Below, in pieces: positions 51,969 through 60,645 of a stretch of DNA of 64,000 bases. The stretch is from a virus, in the IMG/VR virus record IMGVR_UViG_3300027801_002517, positions 64,001 to 128,000 of that record. One strand, 5' to 3'. Below the pieces are notes generated by a model. The model was not told the DNA's origin. It made no database searches and was given only the letters and a program-made list of their open reading frames with translations. Every line of letters begins with the position of its first letter. The stretch's first letter is position 1. A program made the translations under genes and the position numbers.

Positions 51969-52050
51969 TGTAAGTCGTTTGGTGGTAAGGAGTTAGGGAA
52001 ATCGGGGCGGGCCGCGTCGGCCCTAAGTCCTTTGGTGGCAAGGGTTTAGG
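51969..52050. repeat. 82-bp double-palindrome element, copy 1
   Basis: TGTAAGTCGTT-7-AAGGAGTTAGG / 24-bp GC-rich spacer / CCTAAGTCCTT-7-AAGGGTTTAGG. Confidence 0.9.
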
Positions 52051-52075
52051 TCAATTACTATTTTAAAGAAATAAG

Positions 52076-52110
52076 AAAACCCCGCCCGGCGAACGACAAC
52101 CGGGCAGGGC
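52076..52110 (-). terminator. Rho-independent terminator after the DUF932 gene
   Basis: GCCCGG...CCGGGC stem plus U-tract on the minus strand. Confidence 0.6.
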
Positions 52111-52124
52111 ACCCCTATTCTCAA

Positions 52125-53015
52125 CTATGCGATCAGTTCCAGAGCCAGTTTCTCAGCTTTGTGAACAGCCTGAGAATTCCCAGCTTTGAGAACCCTGTCG
52201 AAATCATTGTTGAATGACTTGCGTCGAGTTGCATCGTGCTGCTCGTATCCCTGCACGGCATTGTATGCAAGCCATGCGTTGGGATTCCGCAGGTCGAAAT
52301 CGACGTTACTACGCCGCATCTCACCACTCAAACGCTTGAGAATCAATTCTGTACGATTCTTGTGAACCGTCACCGCACGTTTGCCAGCATCCTCGACAGG
52401 CTCTGGATAGATCTCATTCAAGAAATCTCGCATGTCAACTGTCTGTTGACTCATTTGCTTGATCATGGCAGTCAGATCGCACCACGATTCTTTGAGCATT
52501 GAGAATGCTCCGATCAGTTCATCCATTTGACCACGAAGACCAGAAGTGTGACGAATTGATCGAGAAAACGACTCGACAGATTTCATCATTGACAGATTCA
52601 AACACATGTCACGGAAGAATCCAATCTCAGCTTTGAAGCCTCGACCATCATAACCACCGTTGACCATGAATCGCGGGAAGATGTTGTCACCACCGGCAAC
52701 ATTGAACATATCACGACGATCCTCATTCGAAGGTGCAAATTGAACAAAATGACCATTGCGAAAGTGGCAACGGACATTTGTATCACCGTCGAACGCTTCG
52801 GCAGCGGCTTCAGTGATTGCCAAAATGTCATCCGTATTGTGCGGAACATATCGGGCAGAAACTGATTTGCCAACACATTCGCTGTTGTCAGATCGGAACA
52901 ATCCGAAATGAGGCGTTCGCATATTGTCGGGGCCGTACAGTGGAAACTTGTCAACCGAAAAGTTGAAAGTGTTCTGGACGGTTTCCAGTGCGGTGTCAGT
53001 TGTTAAAGTCGTCAT
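52125..53015 (-). CDS. DUF932/DUF945-family phage/plasmid protein
   Basis: VSARYVPHN, NGGYDG, FRDMCLN, IRHT, NAWLAYNAVQGYEQH motifs. Confidence 0.75.
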   Translation of the reverse strand: MTTLTTDTALETVQNTFNFSVDKFPLYGPDNMRTPHFGLFRSDNSECVGKSVSARYVPHNTDDILAITEAAAEAFDGDTNVRCHFRNGHFVQFAPSNEDRRDMFNVAGGDNIFPRFMVNGGYDGRGFKAEIGFFRDMCLNLSMMKSVESFSRSIRHTSGLRGQMDELIGAFSMLKESWCDLTAMIKQMSQQTVDMRDFLNEIYPEPVEDAGKRAVTVHKNRTELILKRLSGEMRRSNVDFDLRNPNAWLAYNAVQGYEQHDATRRKSFNNDFDRVLKAGNSQAVHKAEKLALELIA

Positions 53016-53069
53016 TCTACGTTCTCCAAAAAAGGGGTTGTTTGCGACTCGTTGTCGCGTCATACAGGT

Positions 53070-53098
53070 ATTATACCTTAATTATCGGCAGTTGTATA
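53070..53098 (-). promoter_or_regulatory. Early promoter with an internal GCCGATAA box
   Basis: TATACA-17-TATAAT, overlapping TAAG-16-GCCGATAA. Confidence 0.6.
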
Positions 53099-53191
53099 GC
53101 TCAGCCTTAGTGATTAGGGCTTATTTCTCAAAGTTTTCCAAAGTATTTCGGCGGCAATCGGTAAAGATAGGGCAAGACATCCCAGAATCGT

Positions 53192-53273
53192 CGTAAGTCG
53201 TTGGTATCAAAGGAGTTACGACGCTCGCAGCCCGCCCCCGGCGTCCTAACCCCTTGCGGGGTAAGGACTTACG
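53192..53273. repeat. 82-bp double-palindrome element, copy 2 (inverted)
   Basis: CGTAAGTCGTT-GGTATCA-AAGGAGTTACG / 24 bp / CCTAACCCCTT-7-AAGGACTTACG. Confidence 0.9.
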
Positions 53274-53629
53274 GCGACGTTTTGCTGTCATTCCTCCCAG
53301 ATTAAGTCATCGTCCGTAATTTCCCCATTCTCGTCATCCACCCCAAACAGAGTATCCCAACAATCCCCACAAGTTCCCGAAATTAGTAATTCCCTCTCAT
53401 CTTCAGTAAGATAATACAAAACATCCTGAATCAATTCACCCTCCTGCCATTCCTTGTAGTCCGATGGTTTTACCCGAATACTATGTGCATTCGAACATTT
53501 CCAACATTCTACTTTGACATTATCCATTGCATCACCTGTTTTATTCATTGTCAGAATCATTGTACTTTACTCCAAAAATTACCACTGCGAACATAATAAA
53601 AATACACAAAAACAAATCACCGGCATTTT

Positions 53630-54400
53630 TCATGCGGTTTGTGCCTTCCCATAGCTAAACCTCTTTCCATCTTTTTTGAGTTGCTTGATTGCGTCCGCTG
53701 CCTCAGATCCTTTCGGTTGAATGCCATGAATAATAAGGGCAAAATCATCATTTCCCCAAAACGGATTTGCTGCGTGTGTGTCATCGTGATCGACTTCCAA
53801 ACCCAGCATATCGGCTTCCTCATAAGAGAACACTACTTTCGCAGATCGTAGACCATAGTCTACAATCATATCGTCACGGCGTCCACCATAACTTGCGGTA
53901 AGAATCAGATTATCGGGAATAATTTCCAGATTATCAACCCAATAAGGTAAAGACTTAGTATAAGCATAGAACAATCGGTCTGGATTCATGATTGCCGTTC
54001 TAATCCATGCTTCAAAGTATGCCGGGCTGAAGAAATCACCAGCAACGTGAATTCGGCAGATTCCCAGATTCTTCGGCATCTGGTCACGAATAATCGAAAC
54101 CATCTCACCAGCAGACTTACCACGCAAATTGTCAAAATTCTTCTTGCGAGAATTGTACACGTTCGTATATGTGGCTTCCTGTGATGCACTGAAACAGCGA
54201 AATTCTGTTTTCTTGCCGTCCACAACTTTCCGCTTACCATCTACAATTTTTACCTTACTCAAACATTGTTCAGCAAACGGACACGAGTGACCAGACAATA
54301 GATCGAACGAATAAACTTTACGCTTATTCTCAAGATATACTTGCAGATCAGGATGATCGACCATTGCTTGCAATTTGTTGTTGGCTTTTGAGAATGACAT
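53630..54400 (-). CDS. Gp88-like phage protein (Cys-rich, possible Fe-S)
   Basis: SCPFAEQC...CFSA, RIHVAGDFFS, FYAYTK motifs. Confidence 0.65.
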   Translation of the reverse strand: MSFSKANNKLQAMVDHPDLQVYLENKRKVYSFDLLSGHSCPFAEQCLSKVKIVDGKRKVVDGKKTEFRCFSASQEATYTNVYNSRKKNFDNLRGKSAGEMVSIIRDQMPKNLGICRIHVAGDFFSPAYFEAWIRTAIMNPDRLFYAYTKSLPYWVDNLEIIPDNLILTASYGGRRDDMIVDYGLRSAKVVFSYEEADMLGLEVDHDDTHAANPFWGNDDFALIIHGIQPKGSEAADAIKQLKKDGKRFSYGKAQTA

Positions 54401-54427
54401 AGTCGCTCCTCCAATAGGGGAAAAGTG

Positions 54428-54886
54428 TTACGCGGTGAATTGTACCACAACTTCGGAACCATAGCAATGGCCAATGGCCATATCCACGAATTTTGCACGT
54501 TCTATAGGTTCTCCGTTCGTATTTGCCAACACAAACGAATCGTATTTGTACGGGTTATAGGTGACTGGCTTGAAAGGTAGCGGCAACCGATTTTCCCACT
54601 GCTGTTTTGGATCACACCAAAAACCACGAACAAACGCATGAACATTCTTTTGAGCATTCTTCAACACTCGCAAACGTCCGGCTTGTGACACTATAAACTC
54701 AGCATCCTGCAAACAAATGTAATCTGTGTGAAATTGAACAATTCTGTTCTGCCGGATTGACCAGCAATCTTTGTGGAGATTTTTGTAAACTTCAATCGGT
54801 TTACTGAAATCCAGTTTGGTGCGACATAACTCAGCAAGTCTAGAATCCGTCTTATGAACATTAATACAATGAGTTTTACGCGGCAT
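54428..54886 (-). CDS. Conserved phage hypothetical protein
   Basis: VYKNLH...WSIR...VSQAGR.RV...KNVHAFVRG...YNPYK. Confidence 0.6.
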   Translation of the reverse strand: MPRKTHCINVHKTDSRLAELCRTKLDFSKPIEVYKNLHKDCWSIRQNRIVQFHTDYICLQDAEFIVSQAGRLRVLKNAQKNVHAFVRGFWCDPKQQWENRLPLPFKPVTYNPYKYDSFVLANTNGEPIERAKFVDMAIGHCYGSEVVVQFTA

Positions 54887-54918
54887 GGTCGTTCTCCGTT
54901 GAGGCTAAGATACTCCCC

Positions 54919-54947
54919 ATTATATCATATCGTCCATATGATGTCAA
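54919..54947 (-). promoter_or_regulatory. Consensus sigma70 promoter with an internal GACGATA box
   Basis: TTGACA-17-TATAAT perfect match. Confidence 0.85.
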
Positions 54948-55083
54948 GGACTTTAGTCAAAATTGGCTAACTCGCTAACTCACTGGCTGTACTATAAAAA
55001 CGCAACCCTTTAGGGTTAGATGGGACATCCCACACAATAGCAGGTGTGGTGCGAATGCCCAAGTTCTCAAAAATAACAATCGA

Positions 55084-55165
55084 CGTAAGTGTATGGTATC
55101 AAAGGACTTACGACAAAACCGGCCCGCCCCGCCCGCCCTAACCCCTTACGGGGCAGGGACTTACG
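55084..55165. repeat. 82-bp double-palindrome element, copy 3 (inverted)
   Basis: CGTAAGTGTAT-GGTATCA-AAGGACTTACG / 24 bp / CCTAACCCCTT-7-AGGGACTTACG. Confidence 0.9.
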
Positions 55166-56302
55166 GCGACACAACACAATTTACATGTCAACAATTTTCT
55201 TGGTCGAGAAACAGCGGGTGCCACCCCGAACCTCGTCAACGGTCAGATATGGACCATTCGGCCCCTTACCCTTACCAACCACAACACCACTTACATTCCG
55301 AAGAATGTTAAACTTTCCATGTCGTGGATACATAAACTTTACAGTGCTACCAATTCGCTTGTGTGTCTTAATCATTAAACTTCTCTTTCTACGGTTTTAA
55401 AAGATACTTTAAACTCATTTCCTGCCTTCTTAATCATAACACCGTCGTGCAGGATTTTAACAACGGTGCCAATCTCTAGCTCAGTTCCTACTTTAATTAT
55501 TGGTGTCTGATTCAAACTCACTCCTCATTAAAAATTGTGCTTGTTGTTCTTCCAATAACTCCATTGGAATAAAGTCCGGAAACATTTTTACCGCCCAATT
55601 TGCAGCCTCTGAGTTATCGACGAATAACCTTTCATCAAATGAGTCGCAAGGTGGCTTTACAAGTATTTCACTTCCCGTCGATGGTCGGATAAATTTGATA
55701 TGTGTATACATTCTGTAACCTTAAAAGTATTGTGGCAAATCGCCTAACATCATAGTTTTCTTTGGTTGTTCTTTTATAATGATTGTTGGCCAAACGTAGT
55801 ATGCTGGTCTGTGCATTCGGTATTGTGGAAAGTTAGTATAACCGCCGATCCAACTATAAAACACAGGCACAGGTTGAACATAGATCTTTTCAGGTTCTGC
55901 TGATTCAGCAATTCCACCCATGATACAAAACAAAGCAATAGAAAGCAAGAGATTTTTCATGGTTCGCGGGTTTCTCTAATAATGTACAGGAATGCCACTA
56001 GTGGCAGAAGTGAAAGCAAAACGGTCATAATAATAATTATTCCTCATTTTCTTTTGCTTCAATCGCTTCCAAATCACTTTTCAGACTTTCCAACTCACGT
56101 TTCTTGTCGTTCTTGATTCGGTTCAGCAAACTATCAGCCAGAATCTGTTTGTCTGAAATTGACATAGGCACGATGACTGTACTGCCGTCTTCACAACAAA
56201 TCTCTAAGTTACTCCAACAAGTAATGTGCTTCACGTTTCCAACAGTGTACGTCGTTTCAATCTTCATCTTCTCAATCTCCAAAGTAAGGTTTGTGAGTGT
56301 GT

Positions 56303-56656
56303 ATTGTAACACACTCAAAAGACAATGTCAAGTCTATTCCCAAAAGTTTCCAAGTTCAAATGAAAAACTAATCGAACCAAGAAAGACCCCCGAAGGGCGG
56401 GGTCTTAATTGTAACACATCCAATCTCAAAAGTCAAGTTCAGCGGCCATCAAATCCGCCAGATTGTCAAGTTCTTCCTGAAATTCTCTTTTCCGTCCGTC
56501 TTCCCATTCCTGCATGAATGCCATTTCTTCCATGTTGAAACAAAGTTGCTCGTTTGGGGTTTCTTCGCACTGAATCTCATCAAAACTGTTCATCGTGTCA
56601 ATCCTTCAAGTTGAAAAGTGTCTGAGTATTGTATCAGAACTCGCCTGATGTATCAA
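56303..56656 (-). promoter_or_regulatory. Three tandem sigma70 promoters (56303-56331, 56408-56436, 56628-56656)
   Basis: TTGACA-17-TACAAT, TTGACT-17-TACAAT, TTGATA-17-TACAAT. Confidence 0.75.
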
Positions 56657-56850
56657 GCCCGATCTGTGTATTTTTTCCAAACTTTCTTGATATATTTTTC
56701 AGAGCCGAAATGATGACATCCTACTGGCTCATCATTATGATTTATCCTGATGGCCCACTTTTTGCCGTAGTTGTAGAGTTTATAATCCCAGCCAGCGAGA
56801 TGATCTGGAGCCGTTGCGACGATTTTGGTTGTGTTGTTTTTCATAGTTGT

Positions 56851-56879
56851 ATTATACTACTATTATCGTCCAAAGTCAA
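56851..56879 (-). promoter_or_regulatory. sigma70 promoter with an internal GACGATAA box
   Basis: TTGACT-17-TATAAT. Confidence 0.8.
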
Positions 56880-56929
56880 TGCTGTTCATTACAAAAACAC
56901 ACAAATAATTAAAAGTTTTTAGATATTGA

Positions 56930-57011
56930 CGTAAGTCGTTACTACCAAAGGACTTAGGAATTTTGGGGCCGGGCTTCCTCGCCGTAAGTCGTTTGATACC
57001 AAGGGTTTACG
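56930..57011. repeat. 82-bp double-palindrome element, copy 4
   Basis: CGTAAGTCGTT-7-AAGGACTTAGG / 24 bp / CGTAAGTCGTT-TGATACC-AAGGGTTTACG. Confidence 0.9.
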
Positions 57012-57041
57012 TCAGCCGATCCGATTCCTTTAGGTGAGACA

Positions 57042-57155
57042 TTAGTGTAGGACAATTATTTCGAGAGCGATTCCAGCCAGTGCGATTGTAGCACCAGTCA
57101 GGAAGAATCCAACCGCAACCGATACGGCAAATACTAGGTCAGGACTGTTTTTCAT
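57042..57155 (-). CDS. 37-aa single-TM peptide (not in the ORF track)
   Basis: MKNSPDLVFAVSVAVGFFLTGATIALAGIALEIIVLH; AAGGA SD upstream. Confidence 0.55.
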   Translation of the reverse strand: MKNSPDLVFAVSVAVGFFLTGATIALAGIALEIIVLH

Positions 57156-57502
57156 TTTGTTTTTCCTTTGAGGGTGTGTGGGGTGCCATTGTTATCCTGT
57201 CTGGCTTCAGGTGTTGGTCGAATGCTATTCGCAACCGTATCGGTCACATTGTCGTTGTACCATGTCAGAGTATTTCTTGCGGCCTGCGACCCACTCGGGA
57301 TCAGTACAACGCCAGCAACTAAACTCGTCATCGTAGGCGATTGCTTTAGCACCTTGCAGCCACATAAAAGCCAGCATTTCCCGAATGCTCAAGAAAACGC
57401 GGTTTCCGTCTTTGTTTGGGATTTCGCAGGAAAATCGGTCGTTCCAAGATACTCCAGCCATTGTTCTACTTTCTGTTTTTCGTTCGTTGTTTGTGAGAGT
57501 GT

Positions 57503-57883
57503 ATTGTACCAGATAAGAGGTGGAAAATGCAAGGTCAATTGCAGGCTAATTATAAACATGGTCAAGAGAATCGGCGAATCCTGAGACTTCGTCGCCATCC
57601 TGATCGTTTCCGAAAAACTCGCCTGTAGTGGGATTGACTTCGTCAACGTGAATCCATCGGCCTTCGAAAACCGCATCCTGTCCAGCTTCAATACCCCAGT
57701 TCGGTGTAACTTCTTCGTTGGCCGTTTCGGCCTTCTTCGCTGTCCAGCGTGCTTGGCGACGTGCCCATTTACGGGCGGTTGCTTCTTTGATTTTGATTGC
57801 TTGCTCTTGACTTGTCATCTTGTTTCCTTTTGTGTTGTTGTTTGTCATACGTGTATTGTACTATAATTATCGACACACGTAAA
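57503..57883 (-). promoter_or_regulatory. Two sigma70 promoters (57503-57532; 57855-57883, the latter with a GTCGATAA box)
   Basis: TTGCAT-18-TACAAT; TTTACG-17-TACAAT. Confidence 0.6.
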
Positions 57884-57963
57884 GCCTGTCATCAGCATAT
57901 GGGCGTTAATTTCCAAAGTATTCCAAAGTATTTATGGCATGGAATTTGCTTGCGGAAAATTGA

Positions 57964-58045
57964 CATAACCCGTTGCTACCAAAGGACTTACGTCGCCGGG
58001 GGCGGGCCTTCCGTGTCGTAAGTCGTTACTGTGTAAGGGTTTACG
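57964..58045. repeat. 82-bp double-palindrome element, copy 5
   Basis: CATAACCCGTT-7-AAGGACTTACG / 24 bp / CGTAAGTCGTT-7-AAGGGTTTACG. Confidence 0.9.
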
Positions 58046-58078
58046 TCGGCTTAGCTGATTCCTTTGGGTAGGACAGCT

Positions 58079-58165
58079 CTACCCTGTCGAGATAGTAGCG
58101 AAGATTATTGCAATTATTATTCCTGAGAATACAGCAATGGTTTCAATCCTGTTTTGCTTACTCAT
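58079..58165 (-). CDS. 28-aa single-TM peptide (not in the ORF track)
   Basis: MSKQNRIETIAVFSGIIIAIIFATISTG. Confidence 0.45.
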   Translation of the reverse strand: MSKQNRIETIAVFSGIIIAIIFATISTG

Positions 58166-58419
58166 ACCCTACTCCGCTGCTGTGCCGAATTGTTCACAGT
58201 AGCTGTCAAATGCTGCGAGGTATCCGGTGTCAACATTCTCAATGCTCTGGATTGGTTGAGCAGGATAAAAGGGATTGTAATTGAAAGTCTGATTGACAAA
58301 ATCAATCTGATCTTCCCGAACACTTTGGTGATTCATTACCTGATCAGTGTCGAGATACTTAGCAATTACGTTGAAGCGTTTCATGTTATTTCCTTTGGTG
58401 GTGTGTTGTGTGAGAGTGT

Positions 58420-58900
58420 ATTCTACAGTTCAAAGCAGCGAATGTCAATCGCCTTGCCAAAAATCTTTGTGGTTTTTCGATGATGGTCGCGAGCGAAGAT
58501 GATAGCGATTTCTTCATTCTCAGCAGAGATGATGCCTGATGTAGAAACTTCGCTGTTACCTGAAAGCGGTACGATTGTGAAAGAGTAGTGAAAGCGTTTC
58601 ATTGTGTTGCCTTGTGTGTTGTTTGTTGTTTGTGATAGTGTATTGTACCATATGGTTCTGGTTGTTTCAACCCTAATTCGTGTAGATTTCGTAAGTATTG
58701 CAGTTTTTGTGAGATTTCTTGTCTGATACGTTTACTGTGAGTTTGTGTGTTGGTTGGGGAAGAAACACAGGTTTGTCTGATGCATGTACTGTCAGTTTGT
58801 GTGTTGGTCGTGGTAGTGGATTGATCATTGTGTTTCCTTTGTTGTGTTGTCTTTGTCTTGTGTCTCTAAGTATTATATCGGCATCATTGCCGTTTGTCAA
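58420..58900 (-). promoter_or_regulatory. Three sigma70 promoters (58420-58448, 58642-58670, 58872-58900)
   Basis: TTGACA-17-TAGAAT; TTGAAA-17-TACAAT; TTGACA-17-TATAAT (the last overlapped by GCCGATA). Confidence 0.8.
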
Positions 58901-58940
58901 TAGCTTTGCACAAGAAAATAAAAGATATTTCCCATATTGA

Positions 58941-59022
58941 CCTAAGTCATTGCTATCAAACGACTTACGTCGCCGAAAGCCCACTAGTATCGCTCTAAGT
59001 CTATACTGTACAACGACTTATA
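58941..59022. repeat. 82-bp double-palindrome element, copy 6
   Basis: CCTAAGTCATT-7-AACGACTTACG / 24 bp / TCTAAGTCTAT-7-AACGACTTATA. Confidence 0.88.
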
Positions 59023-59194
59023 CAAATATAGTGGTAGGGGTTTTATCTTCAAAGATAGAATGGTGTCTTGCTGTGGAAAAAGCCAGGGTGGTGCAAACAT
59101 AATTCACCAGCACCAATATCAATGTCCTACCCAATCTTACCCCCTCGCCCCTATTTATTTCGCTTGGTGTTTAGGTAGAGTCAAGATACAACCC

Positions 59195-59520
59195 GAGCAT
59201 ATAGCTACAACTGGTTACTACCAGTAGCTATTAACTTACCATCTGTGAGCGAACTGCAAAAGGATCATGATTACCACTTGATGTTTGGGAGGATGCTTAA
59301 ACCTCAACTCCTGAATTTTCAGTAAGTCCTCTGTCGCCAGAGCCTGATCCATTCTGTCCGATTGTTACTCTTATCGAGCAACGCTCGTAATTCTAATATG
59401 AGTACGGGTAATACTCATGCTAAACTCCAGACCATTCAGGTAATTTCTTTAAGCATTGCAGCTCGCCGGTCACACAACTGATTCGTCCACAGGACGAGAT
59501 ATTTGCCGGACATGGTTCAA
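59195..59520 (-). ncRNA. Candidate structured, pseudoknotted non-coding RNA (unclassified)
   Basis: ORF-free; 11-bp and 8-bp long-range helices, a GCGA tetraloop hairpin and at least four more hairpins. Confidence 0.55.
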
Positions 59521-59841
59521 AAAGAAATTTCCCTCTTGATAAGTCACTATCTATAATATCCACAAGTAACAGTTTTACAATGATTTTTTATGAAAATTTA
59601 CCATTTTAGAATCTTTTATCCATCAAAACTACCATTTCGTGTATATTACTATTAGGAGGTACAACATGAAAAAAGACCCAGAAGAAATTACAACTATAAA
59701 AACCGTCGTTGTTGCGAGAGCCACTGCTGATCTCTGCGATGAAATTCTCGATGATTTACAAGTTCCTGATCCACCAGATAAATCTATGGCTTCCCTAGTC
59801 GATGAGGCTGACGAATCCAAATTATCGAGGAGGAACGACGA

Positions 59842-60621
59842 GTGAAGAATAAACAAATCTATAATCATAGATCGCATTCACCAGCACGAGTCATTGATGA
59901 CGGTATTGAACTCATGTCACCTAAGAATGCTAATGACATAGCACCATCAGATATTGATTTTTTAAATAATTGTAATCTGTTAAGTGATACAATTCCTGCA
60001 GATACAAATTTTTTCTATTCGTTGCGATGTAATGATTCTACGACGGAAAAACTGCTTTTTCTTGAAACGGGCTTTGGGGAATTAAAACACAGAGACGGTA
60101 GAGTATTTCTACAACGAGAATATATTTTCACTGACTTTCACCCAGATTATAATGAAATCCCCGTCCCTACTAAGAATCATTTGAAGCCCCTGCCTGATTT
60201 TGTTAAAAACTGCATAATTTCCACACATTCACCAGCAGAATATCAAGAATTACTCATTGAAGAGCATTCTGTTGTATGTTCTATAGATAAATTTATCCCA
60301 ACAATAGTTCCCCTAGAGGAAGCCACCCTACTGGGTCGCCTTGATGGACGCATACAATCTATAGACAAAGATGAACTCAAGTTTATTCTGGGTGACAACA
60401 TTAAAATCGCCGTCGAGGAATCAAAAAGTCCCCTAAAGTTACAAACGGATGAATTTTCTGTAAATGGTAAGAATTCTATTATAATGACTGACCAAATTCA
60501 GTTAAGACCTATGAGATCAAGGCCAAAGCGATTTTCCGTAGGTTCCCTATATTACAATAGGGGTAAAAAGACATTTGAGTTTCATGACGGGGACAAATGG
60601 AGAACATTACTAACAGAATGA
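59842..60621 (+). CDS. Hypothetical protein
   Basis: Long ORF after the strand switch; C-terminal GSLYYN...FEFHDGDKW motif as in virion/fibre proteins. Confidence 0.5.
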   Translation: MKNKQIYNHRSHSPARVIDDGIELMSPKNANDIAPSDIDFLNNCNLLSDTIPADTNFFYSLRCNDSTTEKLLFLETGFGELKHRDGRVFLQREYIFTDFHPDYNEIPVPTKNHLKPLPDFVKNCIISTHSPAEYQELLIEEHSVVCSIDKFIPTIVPLEEATLLGRLDGRIQSIDKDELKFILGDNIKIAVEESKSPLKLQTDEFSVNGKNSIIMTDQIQLRPMRSRPKRFSVGSLYYNRGKKTFEFHDGDKWRTLLTE

Positions 60622-60645
60622 TTTTTATCGAGGAGTTTACGACGA

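Noticed and set aside
51969-59022. CRISPR array or classical integron attC reading of the 82-bp elements
   Set aside because: Copies are 0.9-1.8 kb apart with genes between them, so they are not CRISPR repeats. Arm spacing and self-contained dyads do not match attC R/L box geometry, and no integron integrase is in the window.
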